IMG/VR virus record: IMGVR_UViG_3300027734_000072
Span: 1-61,013 of that record
DNA length: 61,013 nt
From: a virus
Lineage: Duplodnaviria > Caudoviricetes
Direction: 5' to 3' (one strand)
Below are positions 48,331 through 56,909 of the stretch, one piece after another. Both the position numbers and the translations under genes were made by a program. Positions within the stretch are counted from its first letter, which is position 1; each line of letters begins with the position of its first letter. The notes under the pieces were generated by a model. That model was given only the letters and a program-made list of their open reading frames with translations. It was not told the origin of the DNA and made no database searches.

Positions 48331-51300
48331 TTGGCAACGCAAAATAAAAAATTTGTAATAAAAAATGGTCTTGCCGTTGGCGGTGCTAGCGGAATAATTG
48401 ACATCGTTGATTCTAACGGTACATGGATCGGTGCAACAGGTATATTACATGGCGCCACAGGTCCTGCCGGTTCAAATGGTGCTACTGGCGTTAGTGTTCA
48501 AGGTGCTTCAGGTCCCTCTGGTGCTACCGGTATTATACAAAATTGGACACTTAAAACCACAACTTATACGGCTGTTAATAAAGATAGTATTGCAGCAGAT
48601 ACAACAGGTGGTGCTTTTACTATTACTTTGCCGGCAACTCCTTCTGCGGGACATAGTATAACTATTGCCGATAGTGGTCATTCATTCAATACAAATAATT
48701 TGACCATTGCTCGTAATGGTTCCACAATTGAAACACAATCACAAGATTTAGTTGTTGATATTGCAAACGTAATTGTATCATTGATTTACGATGGTACTAC
48801 ATGGAAAGTATTTTCGACTGTAGGTATTCAAGGCGCTTCAGGTGCTACAGGTTCAGCAGGAACTAACGGAACAAATGGTGCTACAGGCTCAGCAGGTACT
48901 AATGGTGCTACCGGTGCTGCTGGTACTAACGGAACAAATGGTGCTACTGGCGTTAGTGGTGCTACTGGTCCACAAGGTATTCAAGGTGCTTCGGGTGCCA
49001 CAGGTATTCAAGGTGCTAGTGGTGTTACAGGCTCTGCCGGTGCTACTGGTGCTGGTGTACAAGGTGCTTCAGGTGCCACAGGTATTCAAGGTCCAGCCGG
49101 ACAATCTTCAAGTTATTATTCTTACAAAGCCAAAACAACATCACAGTCTGGTGATCCCGGTAACGGTTACATTACTTGGAATAATGCAACTATACTTTCA
49201 GCTAATACTCTTCAAGTTAGCCATTTAACAAATGACAGCTTTGATATTGATATCTTTTTAACAATAGTAAGTATTGGCGACACTTTAATTATACAAGAAG
49301 CAACTGATTCAGCAAGGTTTCAAAAATGGCAAGTTACTGGAACTCCAATAGTATTTACAAATCAACATTATGAATATCCTGTAACACTATTAGATAGTGG
49401 TGGTACAGCAATAACTAATAATGATAATTTAATTTTAGCAGTAGTATCTACGCCTGTCGATGGTGCTACTGGTCCTGCCGGTACTAATGGCGCTACCGGT
49501 TCTCAAGGTGTTCAAGGTGCTTCGGGCGCTGCAGGTACCAATGGTGCTACTGGCGTTAGTGGTGCTACAGGTACCTCCGGTTCAAATGGAACTAATGGTG
49601 CCACAGGTATTCAAGGGGCTAGTGGTGTTGATGGCGCTTCTGGTTTTGTTGGATCAAATGGTGCTACCGGTGCTGCTGGTGCTGCTGGTGCTACAGGTTC
49701 AGCCGGTTCAAATGGAACCAATGGTGCAACCGGTCCTACCGGTGCTACTGGTGTTGGTACTTCTGGTGCTACCGGCATTATACAAAATTGGATAGTTAAG
49801 ACCACAACCTATACAGCTGTTAATAAAGATGCGATTGCTGCAAATACATCTGGTGGTGCGTTTACAATAACTCTTCCTGCCGCACCATCTACTGGAGATT
49901 CTGTAACCTTTGCTGATAGTGGTCATTCGTTCAATACAAATAATTTAACTGTTGGTAGAAATGGTTCTACAATCGAATCATCTGCAACAGATTTGGTTCT
50001 TGATGTTTCAAATGTATTTGTATCATTAATATATGATGGTACCACATGGAAAGCATTTTCAACCGTAGGTGTCCAAGGTGCTTCAGGAATTTCAGGCGCT
50101 TCTGGTTTTGTTGGATCAAATGGTGCTACCGGTGCTGCTGGTGCTACAGGTTCAGCCGGTTCAAATGGAACTAATGGTGCCACGGGTTCTGCTGGTACTA
50201 ATGGTGCTACTGGTGTTAGTGGTGTTAATGGTGCCACAGGTCCTCAAGGTATTCAAGGTGCTTCTGGTGTAAACGGAACCAATGGAACAAATGGTGCTAC
50301 AGGTTCAGCCGGTGTAAATGGTGCTTCTGGTTTTGTTGGATCTAATGGTGCAACAGGTGCAGCAGGAACAAACGGCGCTACTGGTGCCACAGGTATTATT
50401 GGTGGTGTAGAATCTTTAGGGGCTTCAGGTTCTTATTATCCTGTTCTTGCTGGTTCAACTGGTCCTTTATCTGCTGCTTATCTCAATACAAACTATACAT
50501 TTAACCCAGGTACAGGAGTATTCTCTACACCATTTGTTAACGCTACGGGTACAATTACTGGTTCACTTACTTCTGGTGCAATTTCTTACGGCACATTAAA
50601 TTATTCCGATGTTAATTTAATGGCATCATTTGCAAGTTCTGTTAATACATACAACCAAGTTTTATTACAGAACGGAAGTAATGGCACATCAGCATCAGCA
50701 AACTTTGTTGTGTCGAATGATTTAGCAACCAACTCAACCAACTATGGTGATTTTGGTATGAACTCATCAGGATTTAATGGTGGTTCTGATTGTGAATTCC
50801 ATAAAGCAAATACAGTTTATCTAGCAGCGCAATCGGCCGATTTGGCTATTGGTACTTACGGAACAAATAATGTTCACTTTATAGTTAACAATAGTGTTGT
50901 TGAGTCTATGACCATCAACGCAAACACTTCTATTCAAGTTAACTCACCACTTAAAGTAACTACAGGTGCTACAGGATTTACCGGTGCTACTGGCGCTGTT
51001 GGTGCTCCATCTGCTTACTTTAACAGTTTGTATGTTAATGGTACAGCGGTTACTGGTGGCGCAGGCGGTGCATCAATTACTGATGATACTACTACAAATG
51101 CTTCATACTATCCTGCCATGTACTCAGTAACAACTGGTTCACCAGCAACTGTATACACATCAAGCAGTAAAATATATTTTAACCCATCAACTGGTACATT
51201 AAACTCCACAATCTATAACTCTTTATCTGATGAGAACAAAAAGAAAAACATTAAGACAATTGGTAATGCTATTGATACAGTAAATCAATTAAATGGTGTT

Positions 51301-51495
51301 GAGTTTGATTGGAAAGATACTGGTGTAAAATCTTATGGTGTTATTGCTCAAGAGATTGAAAAAGTATTACCAGATTTGGTTACTATGGATGACCAAGGTA
51401 ATAAATCGGTTAACTATAACGGTTTGTTTGGATTCTTAATTAATGCAATCAAAGAACAACAGAAACAAATAGACGATTTAAAAGGTAAAAATTAA
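48331..51495 (+). CDS. Collagen-like fibre with C-terminal S74 intramolecular chaperone
   Basis: TTG start; KNGL; two internal DTTGGAFTITLP domains; SDENKK...GVIAQE...VNY chaperone. Confidence 0.82.
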   Translation: MATQNKKFVIKNGLAVGGASGIIDIVDSNGTWIGATGILHGATGPAGSNGATGVSVQGASGPSGATGIIQNWTLKTTTYTAVNKDSIAADTTGGAFTITLPATPSAGHSITIADSGHSFNTNNLTIARNGSTIETQSQDLVVDIANVIVSLIYDGTTWKVFSTVGIQGASGATGSAGTNGTNGATGSAGTNGATGAAGTNGTNGATGVSGATGPQGIQGASGATGIQGASGVTGSAGATGAGVQGASGATGIQGPAGQSSSYYSYKAKTTSQSGDPGNGYITWNNATILSANTLQVSHLTNDSFDIDIFLTIVSIGDTLIIQEATDSARFQKWQVTGTPIVFTNQHYEYPVTLLDSGGTAITNNDNLILAVVSTPVDGATGPAGTNGATGSQGVQGASGAAGTNGATGVSGATGTSGSNGTNGATGIQGASGVDGASGFVGSNGATGAAGAAGATGSAGSNGTNGATGPTGATGVGTSGATGIIQNWIVKTTTYTAVNKDAIAANTSGGAFTITLPAAPSTGDSVTFADSGHSFNTNNLTVGRNGSTIESSATDLVLDVSNVFVSLIYDGTTWKAFSTVGVQGASGISGASGFVGSNGATGAAGATGSAGSNGTNGATGSAGTNGATGVSGVNGATGPQGIQGASGVNGTNGTNGATGSAGVNGASGFVGSNGATGAAGTNGATGATGIIGGVESLGASGSYYPVLAGSTGPLSAAYLNTNYTFNPGTGVFSTPFVNATGTITGSLTSGAISYGTLNYSDVNLMASFASSVNTYNQVLLQNGSNGTSASANFVVSNDLATNSTNYGDFGMNSSGFNGGSDCEFHKANTVYLAAQSADLAIGTYGTNNVHFIVNNSVVESMTINANTSIQVNSPLKVTTGATGFTGATGAVGAPSAYFNSLYVNGTAVTGGAGGASITDDTTTNASYYPAMYSVTTGSPATVYTSSSKIYFNPSTGTLNSTIYNSLSDENKKKNIKTIGNAIDTVNQLNGVEFDWKDTGVKSYGVIAQEIEKVLPDLVTMDDQGNKSVNYNGLFGFLINAIKEQQKQIDDLKGKN

Positions 51496-52506
51496 ATGGC
51501 AATAACATTAAGTACTTTATTAGGATCAATAGCACCGATTGGAGCTACTGGTGTTACTGGTGCAACTGGTCCTAGTTTAGCCAGCGCAAACGGTGATATT
51601 ATGCCAGTTGTTGCTGGTGTTTCCAACATTGGTTCAGCAAATAATAAATTTAATAGTTTGTACACCAAGACTTTATTTCTTGATGCAAACACGCTATATG
51701 TTGATGGCGTTCCAGTTTTAAGTTCTTCTGCTAACAATATTTCGTTTAGTGCGGATCCAAATCAAGGCTTAAGATTTACTACAACTGGTACCGGCAATGT
51801 TGTATTGACCTCTAATGCAGGCACGACAATACAGACCACTGGCCAAAACGGTGATGTAGTAGTTCAATCTTCTGGTCAAGGTGGACTAACAAGATTAACT
51901 TCAGCCACTCAGGTAACACTCACGGCACCAACAATTGCTGTTGTTGGTAATCAAACTGTTTCTGCCAATTTATCCGTGTCTGGTAACTTTACCGTTGCGG
52001 GTAATGTAACATCTGTCGATTCCACAATAACTAACATTAAAGATAATATTATTACCTTGAACAAAGGTGAGACCGGTTCTGGTGTTACACTAAATGTATC
52101 GGGTATCGAAGTTGATCGTGGTGATTTGGCTCGCCAGCGTTTAATTTGGAATGAAGCGGTAGGTAAATGGACAGCTGGTCCAACATCATCAGAAGTTGCT
52201 TTAGCCACCGAAACTTTTGTTAATACCGGTTTATCGGGTAAAGCTAATACTGATCTCTCTAACGTTGGTACACTACCAGATGCCGTTATTAATCAGATTA
52301 GAGGTTACGCAGGTGCTACAGGTGTTCAAGGTGCTTCAGGCTCAGCTGGTGATAATGGTGCTTCCGGTTTTGTTGGTTCTAATGGAGCTACCGGTGCAGC
52401 TGGTTCTAATGGTGCTACAGGTTCTGCCGGTACTCAAGGTGCTTCAGGTGTTCAAGGCGCTTCAGGACCAGCAAGTATCAATCAATTCTTATTAATGGGC
52501 GCATAA
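51496..52506 (+). CDS. Fibre protein with short collagen tracts
   Basis: DNII-LN...GIEVDRG...WNE module; ends FLLMGA. Confidence 0.7.
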   Translation: MAITLSTLLGSIAPIGATGVTGATGPSLASANGDIMPVVAGVSNIGSANNKFNSLYTKTLFLDANTLYVDGVPVLSSSANNISFSADPNQGLRFTTTGTGNVVLTSNAGTTIQTTGQNGDVVVQSSGQGGLTRLTSATQVTLTAPTIAVVGNQTVSANLSVSGNFTVAGNVTSVDSTITNIKDNIITLNKGETGSGVTLNVSGIEVDRGDLARQRLIWNEAVGKWTAGPTSSEVALATETFVNTGLSGKANTDLSNVGTLPDAVINQIRGYAGATGVQGASGSAGDNGASGFVGSNGATGAAGSNGATGSAGTQGASGVQGASGPASINQFLLMGA

Positions 52507-52515
52507 GGAAAACAA

Positions 52516-52845
52516 ATGGCAACAATATATAAAGTCTTAGGACAAATTAATCCAACCGCAAATACAGCAACAACTGTATATACTGTACCCGCTTCGACTA
52601 ATACAGTTATTAGTACGGTTACAGTATGTAATCAAGCCAATACGGCCGCAGCATTTAGTCTTGCGGTACGACCTGCTGGTGAAGCATTAGTTACTAAACA
52701 TTATGTAAATTTTAACACTTCTATTCCAGCTAATGATACTCTTGGATTAACTTTAGGTATTACAATGGCAGCTACCGATGTTCTTACTGCCAATGCTAAT
52801 ACATCCACTATAAGTGTTAATGCATTTGGTACTGAGATTAGTTAA
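52516..52845 (+). CDS. Small virion adaptor protein (MATIYKVLGQ type)
   Basis: AAGGA SD; YTVP-T-ST-VCN and FG-EI motifs. Confidence 0.68.
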   Translation: MATIYKVLGQINPTANTATTVYTVPASTNTVISTVTVCNQANTAAAFSLAVRPAGEALVTKHYVNFNTSIPANDTLGLTLGITMAATDVLTANANTSTISVNAFGTEIS

Positions 52846-55800
52846 TGTCATTCAAAACAATAAGCCAAAATCAACTTGGCCAAGCCACCGCTTTAAATAG
52901 CCAAACGATTAGAACAGGTACTTCTGGTACTTCTAGTTCCGGTCCAGTAATTACTTCGGTTGTTGTAACCGATAGTGGTTACAGCAATTTAGACGATACA
53001 GCAATTGCTACCAGCAATTCATTCATTAAAATTATTGGTAGTGGTTTTACTGCTAATTCAAATGTATTCATTGGTAATATACAAGTGCCTGCAGCCAATG
53101 TAACCTTTACAGGTACAACTGAACTCAGAGTTGCGTTACCAAATATTACACTAGGCACAGACAGTACGGTTTCAGTATTCAATTCTACTGGTTCTGGTGG
53201 CATTTATGCATCTAGAATACTCTCTAGTGGATTTCCTACAGTTACAACATCTGCCTATTCTTCATCAACACTAACGATTAATACACAATTATTGGCCACA
53301 GGAGATGGATCATTAACTTATAGTTTAAAATCGGGTAGTTCTTTGCCAACAGGATTAACATTAAATGCCAATGGTTTAATTTCTGGAACAGCAACTGCTG
53401 ACCAAACAGCTTCGTTTACTGTATTGGTTAATGATTCACAAAATCAAACTACACAACAAGATATTACATTATTAATTAGTACCATAGATGCCTATTTTAA
53501 TAATACAACATTATTAGTACAAGCGGATAATGCCGCTAATAATTCAACTAATGGTTCTGCTTTAGATTCTTCAAACAACTATAATGTTGTAGCTTCAGGA
53601 GGAACACCTATACAAGGAAGTATAAATCCATTTGGTCAAGGTTGGAGTAATTCTTTTAATGGAACAAATCAGTATATAAGCGCATCAGCAAATACAGCAT
53701 TTGCTCTTTCAGGAGATTTTACAGTTGAATTTTGGGTGTATCCAACAACATTTAATCAATATGGATGTTTGGTAGATACACGGTCAGGCAGTGCCAATGC
53801 TACTGGATTTTATATAAGGTCACAAAGTTCATATACTTCTGGACAATGGCAAGTATCTAATGGTACGGCTTCGTTTAACATAAATGCATCAACTAATTTA
53901 ACGGTTAATACTTGGCAACATACAGCTTTAGTAAGGTCTGGATCAACATTAACTTTGTATTTAAATGGAATTAGTGTAGGAACCACAACGACATCACAAA
54001 ATTTTTCAGATGGTGCATTACGAATATGTAATGCTATTGACAATTATTATTTTCCTGGTTATATTAGCAATTTTCGTATTCTTAAAGGTACTGCACTTTA
54101 CACCACAACATTTACTCCATCTACCACACCTTTAACTGCAATTGCTAATACGTCATTGTTAACGTGCCAATCAAATAGAATTAAGGATGAATCAACCAAT
54201 GCGTTTACTATAACACCAACAAATTCACCAACCGCTGAAAGATTTAATCCTTTTGATGTTAATGCAAATTCATATACAACTCAAGCCAATACTATGATTG
54301 GTTCAACTTATGTTGGTAGCGGTTATCATTATTTTGGCCATAGCGGATTTGGCTCAGGAGATTTTAGTGTAGAATTTTGGACATATGTAACCGCATCTGG
54401 TGGATCTTTATTCAACAACTATGTACAATATTCTCCAGGTGACAACGGAATGTACATACTTTATGATGGATCCGGTAGTCGTTTTAATGCTTATGTAAAA
54501 AGAGATAATAGTTATGATTCAGGTAATTTATATGCTGGAACTGGTTTAAGTTTAAATACATGGTATCATGTAGTTCTTTGTAGAACTTCTGGAACTCTTT
54601 CGTTATTTGTAAATGGTGTTAGAGGATCGACTGTCGCTTCTTATGTTCAAACTTTTACTCAAACACAATCTGGTATAGGTAACAACGGAAGTGGTACTAG
54701 TTATCAAGGTAATAGCCAATGTGCTGGCGCTTATCTTTCCAATTTTAGAATAATGGCCGGAACAAGTGCATATAATGCAGCAAATAGTTCCTTTACTGTT
54801 CCTACAACACCATTAACTGCCGTAGCTAATACATTATTTTTAGCTTATCAAACTTCTCAAGGTGAATCTAGCAGAACCGTTACAACAAGCGGTACTGTTA
54901 CAGCATCAAAGCGTGCACCACCAACATTGTATCCAGCGGTTACTGATACATCTACTGCTAATACAATTTATAGTGGTTCGTATTTTTTAAATGGCACAAC
55001 TGATTATTTAAGTATTCCTTCTAATTCTCAAACAGCATTTCAATCAAACAACTTCACAGTAGAAGGTTGGTTTTATTTTGCAAATGGATCTGTAAGTGTA
55101 AATAGCGTTATTACAACAAATTATACTTCATTTAGTGCTGGTTCTAATTCTATATATTTTGGGAAACATAGTAGTTATTCTGGTGTTGTGACATTTTGGT
55201 GTTCAAATTATTCTGCTGCTGGACCATTATTAACTGATCCAACTTTACCTCCAACCAATCAATGGACACACTATGCTATAGTAAGAAATGGTAGCACATT
55301 TACGATGTATAGAAATGGTTCATCTGTTGTGACTGGTACTTATGCAGGCTCAATAACTGCAGCAACAAATGCTCTTTGGATCGGTACGGATGGCTCTTCA
55401 CCTGGTAGTATTCTTTTTAGTGGTTATATATCTAATTTCCGAATCGTAAATGGTACTGCTGTTTATACTTCCAACTTTACTCCTAGTACAACACCATTAC
55501 AACAAATAGCTAATACCTCTTTATTATTATCCGGAACCAATGCTGGTATCTATGATCAAACATTACAAAATAATATTCGAGGCTCTGGTGCAATTGTAAG
55601 CACCGATGTCTACAAGTATGGCACAGGCAGTATGTCCTTTAATGGGTCAAGCAGTTTTTTACAAGTTGGTACCACACCAGGTCCACTAACACCACTACTT
55701 ACGGCTGGTGCCGTTTTGACAATTGAAGCTTGGGTATATCCTACAGTTCTGAGAGCTCAAAGCGTATTGCCATTGTTTCCGTCAATAATTGGTTTAGGTG

Positions 55801-56177
55801 GAACATATATGAATTTTGGTGTTAATAATGGCGTGCCAACACTTTATTGGTGGACAGGTTCACCAAACACTATTACTTCCAGCATTTCAATTACTGCAAA
55901 TGCATGGAGTCATATTGCTTTAGTATTCAATGGTACAGGTTCTAATAACACAAAAATTTATGTTAATGGAGTATTGGGAGCAACCGGAACATTTACAAAT
56001 ATTAGTTGGGCTTCAGGATCCAGCGGTAATGATTTTTGTATTGGCAGAGAAACTCAAGGTGGCACTTCATATTGGCCAGGTTACATAGATGATCTTCGTA
56101 TCACCAGATCAGCAAGATATACTGCCAATTTTACTCCAAGTACTGTTGCCTTTAACAGTAAATCACGGTCAAATTAA
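52845..56177 (+). CDS. Multi-LamG/ConA-like lectin domain protein (putative adhesin)
   Basis: IPT/Ig-like N-part, then about four DFTVE-W...W-H-A-VR...GYISNFRI repeats. Confidence 0.8.
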   Translation: MSFKTISQNQLGQATALNSQTIRTGTSGTSSSGPVITSVVVTDSGYSNLDDTAIATSNSFIKIIGSGFTANSNVFIGNIQVPAANVTFTGTTELRVALPNITLGTDSTVSVFNSTGSGGIYASRILSSGFPTVTTSAYSSSTLTINTQLLATGDGSLTYSLKSGSSLPTGLTLNANGLISGTATADQTASFTVLVNDSQNQTTQQDITLLISTIDAYFNNTTLLVQADNAANNSTNGSALDSSNNYNVVASGGTPIQGSINPFGQGWSNSFNGTNQYISASANTAFALSGDFTVEFWVYPTTFNQYGCLVDTRSGSANATGFYIRSQSSYTSGQWQVSNGTASFNINASTNLTVNTWQHTALVRSGSTLTLYLNGISVGTTTTSQNFSDGALRICNAIDNYYFPGYISNFRILKGTALYTTTFTPSTTPLTAIANTSLLTCQSNRIKDESTNAFTITPTNSPTAERFNPFDVNANSYTTQANTMIGSTYVGSGYHYFGHSGFGSGDFSVEFWTYVTASGGSLFNNYVQYSPGDNGMYILYDGSGSRFNAYVKRDNSYDSGNLYAGTGLSLNTWYHVVLCRTSGTLSLFVNGVRGSTVASYVQTFTQTQSGIGNNGSGTSYQGNSQCAGAYLSNFRIMAGTSAYNAANSSFTVPTTPLTAVANTLFLAYQTSQGESSRTVTTSGTVTASKRAPPTLYPAVTDTSTANTIYSGSYFLNGTTDYLSIPSNSQTAFQSNNFTVEGWFYFANGSVSVNSVITTNYTSFSAGSNSIYFGKHSSYSGVVTFWCSNYSAAGPLLTDPTLPPTNQWTHYAIVRNGSTFTMYRNGSSVVTGTYAGSITAATNALWIGTDGSSPGSILFSGYISNFRIVNGTAVYTSNFTPSTTPLQQIANTSLLLSGTNAGIYDQTLQNNIRGSGAIVSTDVYKYGTGSMSFNGSSSFLQVGTTPGPLTPLLTAGAVLTIEAWVYPTVLRAQSVLPLFPSIIGLGGTYMNFGVNNGVPTLYWWTGSPNTITSSISITANAWSHIALVFNGTGSNNTKIYVNGVLGATGTFTNISWASGSSGNDFCIGRETQGGTSYWPGYIDDLRITRSARYTANFTPSTVAFNSKSRSN

Positions 56178-56185
56178 ACGCAACG

Positions 56186-56193
56186 AATAAATA
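56186..56193 (+). promoter_or_regulatory. Late promoter AATAAATA
   Basis: Intergenic, before the C1q-like gene. Confidence 0.5.
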
Positions 56194-56216
56194 GAAGTAT
56201 TAAAAGGTAAAATCAA

Positions 56217-56693
56217 ATGACATTATTAAGTAACCTATTAGGACCCACAGTTGCAAGTAGCGGCGGGCCAACTTTTTCTGCTTATGTTAGTGGAACCTTT
56301 AGTGGTACTAATAACACTTACACAAAAATTCCTTTTAATACGGAAACATTGGATACACATAATTGTTTTGATTCAACTACAAATTATCGTTTTACTCCAA
56401 CTGTAGCTGGACATTATCAAATACAAGGCTCTGTATATATTAATCCTGTTAACGCTACATCTGGTTTCACTTTGTCTGTTTATAAAAACGGTTCTGAATT
56501 TCAGCAGATACATCGTGAACAGTTTGCATATTATTTTAATCAAACAGCAAAAGGCAGTACAGTTGTATATTGCAACGGATCAACAGATTACATAGAATTA
56601 TATATTTGGCACAATGGAGGATCAACTCATACTTTTGGAGCCAGTTCTGCTTTGTCTACTTGGTTTAGTGGCACAATGATAAGGAGTGCATAA
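56217..56693 (+). CDS. C1q/TNF-like domain protein
   Basis: PTFSAY, IPFNTE-D, F-PTVAGHY-I, DYIELY, WFSG. Confidence 0.68.
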   Translation: MTLLSNLLGPTVASSGGPTFSAYVSGTFSGTNNTYTKIPFNTETLDTHNCFDSTTNYRFTPTVAGHYQIQGSVYINPVNATSGFTLSVYKNGSEFQQIHREQFAYYFNQTAKGSTVVYCNGSTDYIELYIWHNGGSTHTFGASSALSTWFSGTMIRSA

Positions 56694-56854
56694 TGACGTT
56701 ATACGAAAAACTTGTGGCAATTTATCCTGAGTTAACTGATTTAGATTTTTCAACTGTAATTGCTTTACAAAACGATTCGAATGGTAATGGTGATTACATT
56801 GCTAAATGGGAACATCCTACATTAGCTAGACCTACCACAGAACAATTAACATAA
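56693..56854 (+). CDS. Small XkdW-like protein (not in ORF track)
   Basis: MTLYEKLVAIYPELTDLDFSTVIALQNDSNGNGDYIAKWEHPTLARPTTEQLT*; TAATG overlap with the upstream stop. Confidence 0.7.
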   Translation: MTLYEKLVAIYPELTDLDFSTVIALQNDSNGNGDYIAKWEHPTLARPTTEQLT

Positions 56855-56868
56855 CGTTTTGGTGCAGA

Positions 56869-56876
56869 TATAAATA
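56869..56876 (+). promoter_or_regulatory. Late promoter TATAAATA for the glycosylation cluster
   Basis: Exact consensus, then GAGGAG SD. Confidence 0.8.
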
Positions 56877-56909
56877 TAAGTATACTACATTATTAATTGA
56901 GGAGTAATT

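Noticed and set aside
39404-52495. Many Val/Leu/Gln-rich alternative-frame ORFs and Pro/Ala-rich antisense ORFs
   Set aside because: Expected shadows of GGT-GCT-ACN collagen codon repeats; no SD or independent features
52845-56693. Diversity-generating retroelement or invertase-based tip switching
   Set aside because: No reverse transcriptase, recombinase, near-identical TR/VR pair or inverted repeats seen in the window
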